Below, piece by piece: positions 27,054 through 40,869 of a stretch of DNA of 64,000 bases (positions are counted from its first letter, which is position 1; the number at the start of each line of letters is the position of its first letter). The notes under the pieces were generated by a model. That model worked only from the letters and a program-made list of their open reading frames with translations. It had not been told where the DNA came from and made no database searches. Origin of the DNA: Macrostomum lignano (Eukaryota); contig NIVC01003828.1 of NCBI GenBank assembly GCA_002269645.1, positions 10,867 to 74,866 on the forward strand, read 5' to 3'. The position numbers were made by a program, and so were the translations under genes.

Positions 27054-28201
27054 TCACTGGTGCTTCTTCATGTGCAGCGACAGGTGGTCGGAGCGGCTGA
27101 ACGCTCGCTTGCACACGTCGCACTGGAAAGGCCGGTCGCCCGTGTGCTTGCGGAAGTGCCGCGTCAGCTCGTCCGACCTGGCGAATCGCCAGCCGCAGCC
27201 GTGCCAGCCGCAGTTGTACGGCTTTTCACCCGTGTGCGTCCGCATGTGCGCCTTCAGGTGCGAGCTCTTGCTGTAGGCCTTGCTGCACCCGAGCTCCGGG
27301 CAGGAGTGCACTCCGCTGCGCTTGCCTGCGCCTGAGGCAAGTTTATTGCCGCGGTGCTTGACCTGCTTCTGCTGCTGCTGCTGCTGATTCCGCCGATGCT
27401 TCGCTCTGGGAGTGGGCGATTTGTCAGACATTGAAGCAGATTCTGCAACAAAAATTGTTGTTGTCGGCGGCGGCGGCGGCGGTGGCGGTGGCGCTTTGGG
27501 CGAGTTCAAGTATTCGAGCAGACTGTTGGGATCCTCAGGCCCTGCAGGCTGCTGGTAGCTGATGTATCCGGCTGCAGGTTGCCGCTGCTGGCACGGCGTC
27601 GCAGGCGGACTCATGCTGTCCAGCTGGAACAGGGTGCTCACGCTGGGCAGAGGCTCCGACTTCACCAGCTGCTGATACTGCGGGTTCGCCACGCTGCTGT
27701 ACACAACCGGGACTTGGTGGCTCGCGAACCCGCTGGCTAGCACTACCTCGGAATCAGCTGGTTGTGCCAGCATCCCGCTGTGTTGATGAAGCTGAGGCTG
27801 CAGGTCTGAATGATCGATGATGAAGTCCAGATCCAGGAGGCCTTCGTCCTGGTTGCAGTTGCTGCTGTTTAGAAGCATCTGCTGCGAATGCTGATTGTGA
27901 TGGTTGAGAGAGGCCTGCTGCTGCTGCTGCTGGCAGCACAGGCTGGTGGATTCGTAGTACAGCTGACTAGCCAGGTCGCTGACTGGGTCAAGGCAGGTGA
28001 CCTGCGGGTGCTGCTGGTAGTGATGCTGGCTCTGGTGCACCAGGTTGAAGCTGCTGCGCACTGCGGAGGAGGCGCTGGAGGAGCCGCAGTGGCCGCGAAT
28101 GGCGACAGCGCTGGGAGAGTCCGGGGAGCAGGAGGTGCTGCCGGAGTGGGCCGAGAGCGGGGACAGCTGCGGCGTGGGGAGCTGCGGGTGGGCGGGTAAG
28201 G
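27054..28201 (-). CDS. klf4: Kruppel-like factor (KLF1/2/4 type), main exon with three C2H2 fingers
   Basis: KSSHLKAH / RSDELTRH / [12 protein letters not shown] fingers with TGEKPY and TGDRPF linkers, plus an LLDLDFII motif like KLF4 LLDLDFILS. The frame stays open upstream of the GTG at 28061 to at least 28201 (LPTPQLSP). The 5' boundary is approximate and subfamily naming is by motif only. Confidence 0.88.
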
Positions 28202-29010
28202 CTGCTGTGTCTGCTGCTGTGTCTGCTGCTGTGTCTGCTGCTGTGTCTGCTGCTGTGTCTATCTGCTGCTGTGTCTGCTGTTGTGTCTGCTGCTGTGTCT
28301 GTCTGTCTGCTGTTAAGTCTGCTGCTGTATCTGTGTCTGTATGTCTGCTGCTGTTGTCTGTGTCTGCTGTGTCTGTGTCTGTCTGTCTGTCTGCTGTTAA
28401 GTCTGCTGCTGTGTCTGTGTCTGTCTGTCTGCTGCTGTGTCTGTCTGTCTGCTGTTAAGTCTGCTGCTGTGTCTGTGTCTGTCTGTCTGCTGCTGTGTCT
28501 GTCTGTCTGCTGCTAAGTCTGCTGCTGTGTCTGCTGCTGTGTCTGCTGTTGTGTCTGCTGCTGTGTCTGCTGTTGTGTCTGCTGCTGTGTCTGCTGCTGT
28601 GTCTGCTGTTGTGTCTGCTGCTGTGTCTGCTGCTGTGTCTGCTGCTGTGTCTGCTGCTGTGTCTGCTGCTGTGTCTGCTGCTGTATCTGTGTCTGTATGT
28701 CTGCTGCTGTTGTCTGTGTCTGCTGTGTCTGTGTCTGTCTGTCTGTCTGCTGTTAAGTCTGCTGCTGTGTCTGTGTCTGTCTGTCTGCTGCTAAGTCTGC
28801 TGCTGTGTCTGTGTCTGTCTGCTGCTGTGTCTGTCTGTCTGCTGCTGTGTCTGTGTCTGCCTGTCTGCTGCTGTGTCTGTGTCTGTCTGCTGCTGTGTCT
28901 GTCTGTCTGCTGCTGTGTCTGTGTCTGTCTGCTGCTGTGTCTGTCTGTCTGCTGCTGTTGTCTGCTGTCCCCTGAATTTTCTGTTGTGTCTGTCTGTCTG
29001 TCTGCTGCAA
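28201..29010. repeat. compound 12-bp/micro-satellite
   Basis: gctgctgtgtct and tgtc repeats abutting the KLF exon. Confidence 0.93.
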
Positions 29011-29409
29011 TGTACTGTGATTATGGAACTTTAAAACACACCCTATTCTGGGGGAATAAAGCAAGGCATTGATCGGCAAATGCTCAACGGCCACGTGCAG
29101 CACACAACCGTGCATAGCGACTGCTCAACTGAAATATGCAATGCAACTAATGATTACAATATTAATAATAGCTACAGTGGTCACTGTCCATGGATCGCAT
29201 GGCTGCCGATTTAGGTATAACTGCAACTTAGTGAAAGCAAATAACAAAACCTCAGTGCCCTCCCGGCTGCACCTTCATCTTGTCGATGCAGTTAATCGAT
29301 TGCGTGGGATCAGAAACTGCGCATATGGACACTGGGATATAGGGAACAGACTTGGGAAATGTGTGGGAAAACCTGACGAAGATGGGGCAACAATTTTGAC
29401 GCTTCCATC

Positions 29410-30690
29410 CCTTCTGAAGCTTCTATTTCCCTCTCCTGAAGGTTCTCTTTCCCCTCTACTGAAGGTTCTCTTTCCCCTCTCCTGAAGCTTCTTTTTCCCT
29501 CTCCTGAAGCTTCTATTTTTCCTCTCCTGAAGCTTCTATTTCCCCTCTACTGAAGTTTCTATTTCCCCTCTACTGAAGCTTCTATTTCCCCTCTCCTGAA
29601 GCTTCTATTTCCCCTCTACTGAAGACTCTATTTCCCTTCTCCTGAGGCTCTTTTACCTTCTCCTGAAGGTTTTCTTTCCCCTCTCCTTAAGCTTCTATTT
29701 CCCCTCTACTGAAGTTTCTATTTCCCCTCTACTGAAGCTTCTATTTTCCCTCTACTGAAGCTTCTATTTCCATTCTCCTGAAGCTTCTATTTCCCCTCTA
29801 CTGAAGCTTCTATTTCTCCTCTCCTGAAGCTTCTATTTCCCCTCCCCTGAAGCTTCTATTTCCCCTCTCATGAAGCTTCTATTTCCCCTCTACTGAAGGT
29901 TCTCTTTCCCCTCTCCTGAAGGTTCTATTTCCCCTCTACTGAAGGTTCTATTTCCCTCTCCTGAAGGTTCTCTTTCCCCTCTACTGAAGGTTCTCTTTCC
30001 CCTCTCCTGAAGCTTCTTTTTCCCTCTCCTGAAGCTTCTATTTTTCCTCTCCTGAAGCTTCTATTTCCCCTCTCCTGAAGCTTCTATTTCCCCTCTACTG
30101 AAGGTTCTCTTTCCCCTCTCCTGAAGCTTCTATTTCCCCTCTACTGAGGCTCTTTTACCTTCTCCTGAAGGTTCTCTTTCCCCTCTCCTGAAGCTTCTAT
30201 TTCCCCTCTCCTGAAGCTTCTATTTCCATTCTCCTGAAGCTTCTATTCCCATTCTCCTGAAGCTTCTATTTCCCCTCTCCTGAAGCTTCTATTTCCCCTC
30301 TCCTGAAGCTTCTATTTCCCCTCTCCTGAAGCTTCTTTTTCCCTCTCCTGAAGCTTCTATTTCCCCTCTCCTGAAGCTTCTTTTTCCCCTCTACTAAAGG
30401 TTGTCTTTCCCCTCTCCTGAAGCTTCTATTTTCCCTCTACTGAGGCTCTTTTACCTTCTCCGGAATGTTCTCTTTCCCTTCTCCTGAAGGTTCTATTCTC
30501 CCTCTACTGAGGCTCTTTTACCTTCTCCTGAAGCTTCTATTTCCCCTCTCCTGAAGCTTCTTCCCCTCTTCTGAAGCTTCTGTTTCTCCTCTACTGAAGC
30601 TTCTATTTCCCCTCTCCTGAAGCTTCTATTTCCCCTCTCCTGAAGCTTCTATTTCCATTCTCCTGAAGCTTCTATTTCCCCTCTCCTGAA
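29410..30690. repeat. 24-bp minisatellite
   Basis: ctgaagcttctatttcccctctc(c/a), about 50 copies. Confidence 0.95.
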
Positions 30691-30769
30691 GCTTTCGCTC
30701 CTGTGGTCCTGAAGTCCTCCATTCCGGCCCTGAGGACCCCGGACGCGCCGCCCTCCCCAGCTCACTCAC

Positions 30770-30966
30770 CGGGATCATAGCGGAGAACTCCTCGTGCCGC
30801 GGGCTGCCGACCTGACCCCCAAACAGGTCGCAGTCGAACGAGGCTCCGCCGCAGACGGCTGAGTAGCACGAGCCGCTGCTTGAGGCCGCCACAGAGGACC
30901 CGGCGCAGAGGTAGGGACCGCCGCCTCCGACCTCTTCGCCGCAAATTCGAAACGGGGACTCCAGGG
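30770..30966 (-). CDS. candidate upstream exon of the KLF gene
   Basis: GC-rich island with a strong minus-strand donor ccg|gtgagt at 30769 and an open frame (...CDLFGGQVGSPRHEEFSAMIP). Its phase does not directly match the putative 28201 acceptor. Confidence 0.35.
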
Positions 30967-31469
30967 CTGCCTTGCTCCGAGTATTATTGAATAGCCGGAT
31001 TCAGCAGAGAAAACAAAACTGTTGTTAAGATTTAGGCAGTGAATGAGCGACAGATGAGGAACTGACCGGGGTTGAAGGAGAGCAGGTGAGCAACTGGTTC
31101 GATTCATTTCTCTTTATCAATACCTTGCCGACACCCCCAAATCCCCGCTCCCTCCCTCTCTTACCCCCATCATCCTTTCTTCGCATCCTGTGCTCTCCGC
31201 TTACCAACCCCCTCCCCCCCCGAACTGAGGAGATCCCCATAATGTCGGAGTTTCTGATATCGAATCTGAAGGCCACTGGCTGGGCTGGCACACCTGCGCC
31301 ACAGGTGAATTTGACACTCAAATTTTGACGCTTTGAATTTATAAGTTCTCAAGTAAAACTTGAAATTATCGTTGACTGTGATGGCATGTGATAGAAACCT
31401 TTTCATTAACTGTTTGTGATGATATCATTGATGCCGATGAGAACATGAATGACGCTAAGATAAACAACT

Positions 31470-31507
31470 AGACAGACAGACAGACAGGACAGGACAGGAC
31501 AGGACAG

Positions 31508-31559
<52 letters not shown>

Positions 31560-31758
31560 CACAGGACAGGACAGGACAGGACAGGACAGACAGACAGGAC
31601 AGGACAGGACAGGACAGACAGACAGACACACACACAGGACAGGACAGGACAGACAGACAGACACACACACAGGACAGGACAGGACAGGACAGGACAGACA
31701 GACAGGACAGGACAGGACAGGACAGACAGGCAGACAGGCAGGACAGACAGACAGGACG

Positions 31759-31799
<41 letters not shown>

Positions 31800-32190
31800 T
31801 CAGACAGACAGACAGACACACAGGACAGGACAGGACAGGACAGGACAGACAGACAGACACACACACAAGACAGGACAGGACAGACAGACAGACACACACA
31901 CAGGACAGGACAGGACAGACAGGCAGACAGGCAGGACGGACAGGACGGACAGGACAGGACAGACAGACACACACACACAGGACAGGACAGGACAGGCAGG
32001 ACAGACAGACAGGACGGACAGACAGAAAGACAGACAGTCAGACAGACAGACAGACAGACATACAGACAGACAGACAGACACACAGGACAGGATAGGACAG
32101 ACAGACAGACACACACACAGGACAGGACAGGACAGGCAGGACAGACAGACAGGACGGACAGACAGGACGGACAGACAGACACTAAGACAG
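31470..32190. repeat. compound (GACA)n/(GGACA)n microsatellite
   Basis: Visible directly in the sequence. Confidence 0.95.
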
Positions 32191-32689
32191 GCAGAAAAAC
32201 AGACTTATGAAGTTTATCCCTCATAGTCAGACGGATGAAAGCGAAATTCAGAAACAGGCAGAGCGAAGAGGCACCCGAGCGAACGCGCAGTGGCACTCAA
32301 ACGGGTCGGCAACCGGTTTTTGGCTCGTGTTGCGCTCAGCAAAGATCACGTTTCCCCACACACTCTCCCTTCTTCCCGATCCCTCACCCCGTCACTCTTA
32401 CTCAAGCCAGCCAGCCGCTGTGTTTTTCATTCCCCTTCGCTTCGGCCCGATTCGAAATCCCCTCAAAACATTGTACCTGCTGCCCCACCGGAGCACACAC
32501 ACACACACACGCACACACACACCCGATCTCCGGTATAGGTTTTATGAATATCGTCTCTCTGTTTTCACGGTTCAAAAGACCGAGCTAGCGCCGACAAGTT
32601 ATGGTTGAGGGAGGCTTGTTGAGTCTTGCATAGATTCAGAGTGCCTTACTAACTCTTGTGAGAACAGCTCTGAGCTTCAGGGTCAGCCG

Positions 32690-33030
32690 CTGTTGTCTTT
32701 CTGTGTCTGCATGTTGTCTTCCTGTGTCTGCATTTTGTCTCCCTGTGTCTGCATTTTGTCTCCCTGTGTCTCCCTATTGTCTCCCTAGTGTCTCCCTGTG
32801 TCTCCCTATTGTCTCCCTGTTGCTCCCTGTTTCTCCCTGTGTCTGCCTGTTGTCTCCCCGAGTCTCCCAGTGCCTCCCTGTGCCTCCCTGTTGTCTCCCT
32901 ATTGTCTCCCTGTGTCTCCATATTGTCTCCCTAGTGTCTCACTGTGTCTCCCTGTTGTCTCCCTGTTCCTCCATGTGTCTGCCTGTGCCTGCCTGTTGTC
33001 TCCCCGAGTCTCCCGGTGCCTGCCTCCGTC
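32690..33030 (-). repeat. 21-bp minisatellite, inverted copy of the 33440-34410 array
   Basis: tgtgtctccctgttgtctccc is the reverse complement of gggagacaacagggagacaca. Confidence 0.88.
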
Positions 33031-33336
33031 TTCCTGTGCCTTTGTGGGCAGCGAGACTCAGAGATTTATTGTATTTTACAACAAAAAATTCATTAATTTC
33101 AGGGTGCTGCAATCGAGCTCTTAACACGACAAGGAATTCAAATTAGGTGGCAGTCATGTCTGATGGCTTGTTATTTGCGAGTGTTACTCGATTCTTAATG
33201 GCCACTTCGAGTATGCACATTTTATCATTCAGTAGTCTACTGCAGACAGTTATTTAATGTTAATCCTGTGTCCTGTTGACAGGGGTCCATCCGGGTTCAG
33301 ATGACAAATAATGGCGTTAACTATGTGTGTTTACAG

Positions 33337-33420
33337 CGGATCACATCCTGGAGGAACGCCTCTGCAAAGGCAGCAATGACTTGCTCAGGCACTTGCCTGC
33401 ACCGGACTGGGGCGGCAACT
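33337..33420 (+). other. exon-like island between minisatellites, strand uncertain
   Basis: tttacag|...|gtaaga on + ([27 protein letters not shown]). Splice-like ends and an open frame ([20 protein letters not shown]) also exist on -. No family recognised. Confidence 0.35.
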
Positions 33421-33439
33421 GTAAGACATGGAATCTGGA

Positions 33440-34410
33440 GAGGAGGGAGACACAGAAAACAGGCAGACACAGGGAGACAACATGGAGACACAGGGAGACA
33501 GCAGGCAGACACAGGGAGACAACAGGCAGACACAGGGAGACAACAGGCAGACACAGGGGGACAACAGGGAGACACAGGGAGACAGCAGGCAGACACAGGG
33601 AGACAACAGGCAGACACAGGGGGACAACAGGGAGACACAGGGAGACAGCAGGCAGACACAGGGAGACAACAGGCAGACACAGGGAGATAGCAGGCAGACA
33701 CAGGGAGACAACAGGCAGACACAGGGAGACAACAGGGAGACAGCAGGCAGACACAGGCAGACAGCAGGCAGACACAGGGAGACAGCAGGCAGACATAGGG
33801 AGACAACAGGCAGACACAGGGAGACAACAGGGAGACACAGGGAGACAACAGGGAGACACAGGGAGACAACAGGGAGACACAGGGAGACAACAGGCAGACA
33901 CAGGGAGACAACAGGGAGACACAGGGAGACAACAGGCAGACACAGGGAGACAACATGGAGACACAGGGAGACAACAGGGAGACACAGGGAGACAACAGGG
34001 AGACACAGGGAGACAACAGGCAGACACAGGGAGACAACAGGCAGACACAGGGAGACAACAGGCAGACATAGGGAGACAACAGGCAGACACAGGGAGACAA
34101 CAGGGAGACACAGGGAGACAACAGGGAGACACAGGGAGACAACAGGCAGACACAGGGAGACAACAGGCAGACACAGGGAGACAACAGGCAGACAGCAGGC
34201 AGACACAGGGAGACAGCAGGCAGACACAGGGAGACACAGGGAGACACAGGCAGACAACAGGGAGACACAGGGAGACACAGGGAGACAACAGGCAGACACA
34301 GGGAGATAGCAGGCAGACACAGGGAGACAACAGGGAGACACAGGGAGACAACAGGGAGACACAGGGAGACAACAGGGAGACAACAGGCAGACACAAGGAG
34401 ACAGGGAGAC
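33440..34410 (+). repeat. 21-bp minisatellite
   Basis: gggagacaacaggcagacaca / gggagacaacagggagacaca units. Confidence 0.96.
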
Positions 34411-34899
34411 ATTAAATTAGTCAATCAACTCCATCTCTAGCTTTCGCCCCAGTGCATTTCCAGTTTCCATTTCTGAGAGCACACTTATACACTCTCCTAT
34501 TCCCTAATTGAGCAAGGATTCAGTTCTCAGAGAGACAAGAATTTTGGTTCGAATTTCGGGCATTCATCTATCGAATTGAAATCCTGCGCCCCCCATTATT
34601 TGCTGCTTTTTATGCTTTTCCCCTCTTCGCTTCCTTATCTGTTTTATCTCAGCCGTTTCTTAAGTGCCTTTCTGCCATATTTTGCCATTAGCCTCCAATT
34701 TCGAGTCCGGAGCCGAGGTCGCGCTCCATTTCGAATTTCATTCATCTCCTGGCTCTCAAGTATCTTTTTTTGTGGCTAATCTTCTTGTGTAACTCTACAG
34801 ATATCGTTGGACAAATTGTTGCATCCTTTTGTTGTTGCCCTTTGAAAGAGCTCGAAACATTAACTCCAATGTTTACCGGCTCCAAGATTCATACATTTG

Positions 34900-35680
34900 A
34901 ATATTCACAAACTCTTAGATTCACAAATTAGAATTGATTCACAAACTACAAAATTCACAAACTGCAAGATTCACAAACTGCAAGATTCACAAACTGCAAG
35001 ATTCACAAACTGCAAGATTCACAAACTACAAGATTCATAAACTGCAAGATTCACGAATTGCAAGATTCACAAACTACAAGATTCACAAACTGCAAGATTC
35101 ACAAACTGCAAGATTCACAAACTACAAGATTCATAAACTGCAAGATTCACGAATTGCAAGATTCACAAACTACAAGCTTCGAAAACTACAAGATTCACAA
35201 ACTACAAGATTCACAAACTACAAGATTCACAAACTGCAAGATTCACAAACTGCAAGATTCACGAATTGCAAGATTCACAAACTACAAGCTTCGAAAACTA
35301 CAAGCTTCGCAAACTACAAGATTCACAAACTGCAAGATTCACAAACTGCAAGATTCACAAACTACAAGCTTCGCAAACTACAAGATTCACAAACTGCAAG
35401 ATTCACAAACTGCAAGATTCACGAATTGCAAGATTCACAAACTACAAGCTTCGCAAACTACAAGATTCACAAACTGCAAGATTCACAAACTGCAAGATTC
35501 ACGAATTGCAAGATTCACAAACTACAAGCTTCGAAAACTACAAGATTCACAAACTGCAAGATTCACAAACTGCAAGATTCACAAATTGCAAGATTCACAA
35601 ACTACAAGCTCCACAAAATAAAAAAATTCACAGACTAGAAGCTTCACAAAAAATCCAGAAACTACAAGATTCACAAACTG
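34900..35680. repeat. 16-bp minisatellite
   Basis: aagattcacaaact(g/a)c units. Confidence 0.95.
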
Positions 35681-36458
35681 TAATCCAGCAGCTGCTCAAA
35701 GATTCAAAACCCTTAGCATTGAACTTCCAAACTGTCAAGAAACTCTGGCACACAGTCAGTCAGTGATCGAAATGCATGATTTTGAGCCGAATATAGTTAA
35801 GTTTAAGTGTATCTAGTGTACTAGATACACTTAAACTCAGGTGAACCATTCGACAAGAGTAGCTACACGATTATGGTTTAAATCAGAAAAAAACTCTCAG
35901 TCCCAAACATGGCAGGCACAGGACAGAGTTCTCAACTAGCAACCCTAGGAACTACAGCTAGGAGAAAGGGAAGCAAGGGAGAAGGCATTGAGTAGCGATG
36001 CAGTTTTAGCAAACAGCCGAGGACATAACTAAATAGCGTTTTGGGCTTCTCAATCATTCCGTCCTCATAGCTGGTACTGTAGGATTTATTTCAACAAGAG
36101 AAGAGAGAAAAAACTCTTTACTGGGGATGAATAAAATCTCCCTGTTGCGTGAGAACTTGCTATTAAGGCTTGCTTAAGACTAAGGTAAGCGAGGGTGTAT
36201 ATTAGAGAGCCGTGAGTCGCGGTTTGGGTCTGTGACGGCTGTAAATTGATCGCAAGTTTTATTATTATTAAATATTATTAATGCTGGTCTGATTTTGATA
36301 CTGCATACATAGTGTTGTTACTAGTATTGTAAGTGCAGTTTATGAATATAAGATGCACTGACACTATGATGTGTTTGTACTTCTTGCAATGCTTTGCAAT
36401 TCGTTCTGACGGGACCTGCTGTCCGATTGAGGTCCCACCTGGCTGTCACATCGCGGCG

Positions 36459-36557
36459 TTGTTCCAGTCGGCGGTCGAAACTATCGTGCTGTACAACGCC
36501 AAGACCTGAATGCTGACGGACTCATCCGAACAGCAAGTTGACGCGGCGCATTACTAG
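36459..36557 (+). mobile_element. degraded RTE-like LINE fragment (post-RT region)
   Basis: LFQSAVETIVLYNAKT*MLTDSSEQQVDAAHY* resembles the RTE-clade F..VE..LLY..ETW.LT...E..LD motif. Confidence 0.5.
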
Positions 36558-36619
36558 GCTACAACCCCTCTTTGTGCAAGTTTGCAGACTGCTATTTGTA
36601 AAAAGATCATAAATGATGT

Positions 36620-37195
36620 AAAAGACCACCATGGTGCACAAAGACCACAATGGTGCTCAAAGACCACAATGGTGCACAGACCACCATGGTGCACAAAGAC
36701 CACCATGGTGCACAAAGACCAACCATGGTGTACAAAGACCAACCATGGTGCACAAAGACCATGGTGCACAAAGACCACCATGGTGCACAAAGACCAACCA
36801 TGGTGCACAAAGACCAACCATGGTGTACAAAGACCAACCATGGTGCACAAAGACCATGGTGCACAAAGACCACCATGGTGCACAAAGACCACCATGGTGC
36901 ACAAAGACCAACCATGGTGCACAAAGACCAATCATGGTGTACAAAGACCAACCATGGTGCACAAAGACCATGGTGCACAAAGACCACCATGGTGCACAAA
37001 GACCAACCATGGTGCACAAAGACCATGGTGCACAAAGACCGCAATGGTGCACAAAGACCACCATGGTGTACAAAAACCACAATGGTGCACAAAGACCACC
37101 ATGGTGTACAAAAACCACAATGGTGCACAAAGACCACCATGGTGCACAAAGACCACCATGGTGCACAAAGACCACAATGGTGCACAAAGACTACA
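36620..37195. repeat. 16-20-bp minisatellite
   Basis: ccatggtgcacaaagacca units. Confidence 0.95.
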
Positions 37196-37641
37196 TGCAC
37201 AATTCGCACGAGTACTGAGACTGCATTGCGACATAAATAAAGGCAAACTAAATGCTTAATCAGTCAATTAAAAAAATTATAATCATCTTTCAAAAAACCA
37301 TGGTTTCAAAAGTTGTTAATGCCTACAAAATATTTTTACTACAGCAAAATAAAAGATTGAATTGAATTGAAAGATTGAATTCCCTTGAGGACAAGCAACT
37401 TGTTATTAAATAGTGATATAATCTGTCCAATTACCAGACTCAAATTTCAATCAGAAATCACTGCTAAGCCTGTCAGCTGAAGCATTTCCGCGAAAGCGAA
37501 GGAGAAGAAACTGATGAAGAAGCACAGAAGCCAAATCTCAAGCCATCCTCCCTGTCTGTGCGCCCCCTATGTCTTTGAGCATTCTGTCGTTATTAAAATG
37601 GCTCCCATTACTGACAGCAGCTGCTCCAGTGTATTGAGCGA

Positions 37642-37684
<43 letters not shown>

Positions 37685-40600
37685 CATGTAATGTCACAGT
37701 GGCCTTTTTCGCCCAAAGGCAGTCAGTCAGGGGGGGGGGGGTTGCTCGAGAAGCTCGAGAAGAAGCAGAATTCAATACGATTTGGATCCTGGGGGGGGGG
37801 GGAGAGAATGAAAAAGCAGGTCTTTATACCCTTTTCTTTTGCCCGATGGAAGAATCCCCGTTTGTGAAGCCGGCTGGATGCAGCGGCCCGCACGCATCGA
37901 TGGGTCGAGCAAGAGAGATGAAATAAATCGATTATTTTAACGGGGGGGGGGGCAACCGTCCTCCATTGCAGACCCGCCGAAAAGACCAGTTGCTTTTTGC
38001 GGCAGAAAAACCATCTCAGATGCAGAGCAAGATGGATTTTAAGTCAAGCGAGACAAATTTAACTAAGCTAATAGAAAATCGGTATGAGAAGGGATATGAG
38101 ATGGGGGCTTAGAATTGGCTTAAGCTTATTGATTTCGCTAAGCACAATGTCCCGGTAAGTCTCTAATTTCCCCAATTATTAATAGTCGATAAGTTGTGAG
38201 GCCAGGGCAATCTAATTGAGACAAGAGAGAGCTTCGAATTAATTTGAAAACGTTCGATTCAAGATTTCAAGTTTGACGAAACTTCGATTAAAGCTTTGGT
38301 CTCGTTTTGTTTTGTTTCAGAATTTCAGAATAAAGTTCCGAACAATTTTAGAAAATGCAGACGTTTTTAGTACTAATCTCAGCTTAAGGAAGAGCAGCTC
38401 GGTGATAAGTGTCTGGCTCTTGCGCCATGCTGGACCACTGGTTCCATTCGGAATTCCGTGCGCGGTCACATTCATTAGCCGGGGGATTGTCGTGTGATTC
38501 ACAGCCACAATTATAGAAATTCAGGGCCGGTAGTGCGATTTTGTGCTCAGGAGTCAGCGAAATTGGGCAGAATCTCCTCAGTGGGAAGATGTTGAATCTT
38601 TCTAAAAACCACTGTAGAGAACACAACAAATGCACTTAAGGTTTTTTCAGGTTCCAAATAATCTCTAAACTACATAAATATTGTTGAAGTCTTTTAAGGG
38701 CCATCAGTCTAGTTAAGTCGGCTGATCTGTCAAAGAAATAAGAAAGAAAACTGCTTAAAAAGATGGGCAATGATCTTTTTTTGAGTAGGATATTAAGGAT
38801 GCCCGGCCGACTGTGTATTTTGATGTGAGTCAATCACTCGACCGTGGACTGACATGAAAGCGCGCTTAAACACGGGATTAAAGCTCTCGAACCTCGACTA
38901 TAGTAGCTAAGTATCTCGAATGCAACAGCGATTTCAGTTATCGCATGTAGTGAATTCCTTGCTCACAACATGCAGCCATTTTGTAATGGATTTAATGGGC
39001 TTACTTCAGACCCTATTTTTCGCTTTGATTCCTAACACAATTTCGACTTTTAAGAGGCCAATTTTTTCACTGCTCAGCGTGATGGCCTGCGAAATTGGGA
39101 GCGCACTGTATGCAATATTTCAATCATCTTGCCAAGTCAGTCCCTTTGATCATATTTTCTCGATGCTGTGCTGCAAAATCCCCGTTCCACGCTCTACATG
39201 CGGTTGTGCCTTTGATTTTTGACTGAACCGTTTTTTGAGCCGAGTCCATGTCTGACTCTTCTGTTTAGAATGTTGAATGGCGATGTTAAGACTAGAAATC
39301 TGAAATGAATCATTCTCATAAAAAAGCACCGATCGAGATAAACAGAAGAAGACAAAGTGCATTTCTTTGGAGTTCTTAGTCACGCGAGACACATATTGAG
39401 TTATTTATTTATACTTTCCAATCGAAAAATTCGATTTTAATTGAAATTAAAAAAACAATCAATTCTCAATTGCTGTTTTTTGACAACTTTAAAAAGAATG
39501 GAAGGCACTAAGGAACAAAGAATAAAGTTTAAATTTTACTAACGGAATATTATACGTCGAATATGTACATTGACTTGCTAAATCGATATTTCATCGCCTG
39601 ATACGATCGTAAAAGTGTACATTGACAGTCCATTCCATCCACACTTCGCGTATTAGAGGCAGGAGGCTGTGTACATCGTCACACGAGACTGGCTAGAGGC
39701 ATTACTGCTCATTTTGCCGACTCCTCTGACCAGACAGTCATACCGCCCCAAATGTACAGTGATGAATTTACATTGTCCCACTCCGCCCCCTATCCACCCC
39801 ATGCGGTGGCCTATTCTGTTTGTAAGATGGCGTTAGGGGGATTGAGGAGCGAGTTAGCGGAAAGATGAACAGGACCTCCGTCACTAGGCTTCATCTAAGC
39901 GGCGAAATCCCAGAGCGACAAAGCTGCTGCCAACGGGGTACAAGGAATGGCTTGAATGGCAGATGCTATAACTCCTTGGTGAAATCAGTAAAACAAATAA
40001 ATATATTGAGTCAACATAGATGCATCAGTGTTCTAATTCCTAAAGAGACGTCTGAAATTACTAAAATAGGTTAATTAAGCATTCTTAATATGCTGTAACG
40101 TCAACGGATTACCGTTTACTCACGATCGGTCGTTGACATTTTAGCGAAAGCATGTTAAAAAGTTAAGATGATTTTAACGCTTTTATCATTAACGGAAATT
40201 GCACGATTGTTAATTTACGATGCCCAACACACTGTCATCGCTATTTAAAAGCGACAAAAGAGCGCCCAACAGACGCTAATAAGACTTGTGGTTACAATAC
40301 GAATCGAAGAGCGACGTGACGACTTGATGTTGTGACAGCCAGTAGCGTAAGCCATCATTGCTCTGGTCTCTCTTGTCTTTGCTGACTTTTCCGAGTAGTT
40401 AAGAGGATTATTAAATTCCCAAGGTCGCTAATTCGCATCCCCCCGTGACTCTGGATAAATCTACATCGACTGCAGTCCACTCCATCCATCCATTTCAAGT
40501 GTGCTGTCACGACTGGCTACATCAAATTTAGCAATGGGAAAATCGAGTGTCTCTAATATTCCATATTTCGTTTACCCTGGTACCTTTCAATTCACTGTCA

Positions 40601-40869
40601 CGCAAGCATTGAGCCCGCATTCTTTGGCTCGAGATCCTCCGAGGGCTACTGGTGCTAATCTGTTGTCAGATTTTTTCTCTGGCAATTCCGCATGAAAGCG
40701 ATACTGCAGGCATGCAAGAATGAGGATTTTTTCCCTAATCCCCAATTATCAAGAATGCGTTGTCAAAGTCTCGAAGAGAATGGTTTTAATTGATGGAAAA
40801 ATGATTTTCATGAGCTCGATTCCATCAGTATTCTAATTAAGCTCTCTGTCTGAATCTGATCTCCTTAAA

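Noticed and set aside
27018-28199. Plus-strand ORFs over the KLF gene
   Set aside because: Antisense shadows of the KLF exon.
31406-32296. 296-aa Cys/Leu/Ser/Val ORF
   Set aside because: Reverse strand of the (GACA)/(GGACA) microsatellite.
33321-34424. Five overlapping 290-370-aa ORFs
   Set aside because: They arise from the 21-bp minisatellite.
34934-37259. Repetitive ORFs (KIHKLQDS..., MVHKDH...)
   Set aside because: Minisatellite artefacts.
39060-39392. Integrase-like PHVERGTG peptide on the minus strand
   Set aside because: Resemblance to the rve VER-x-N motif is too weak and no catalytic D was recognised.
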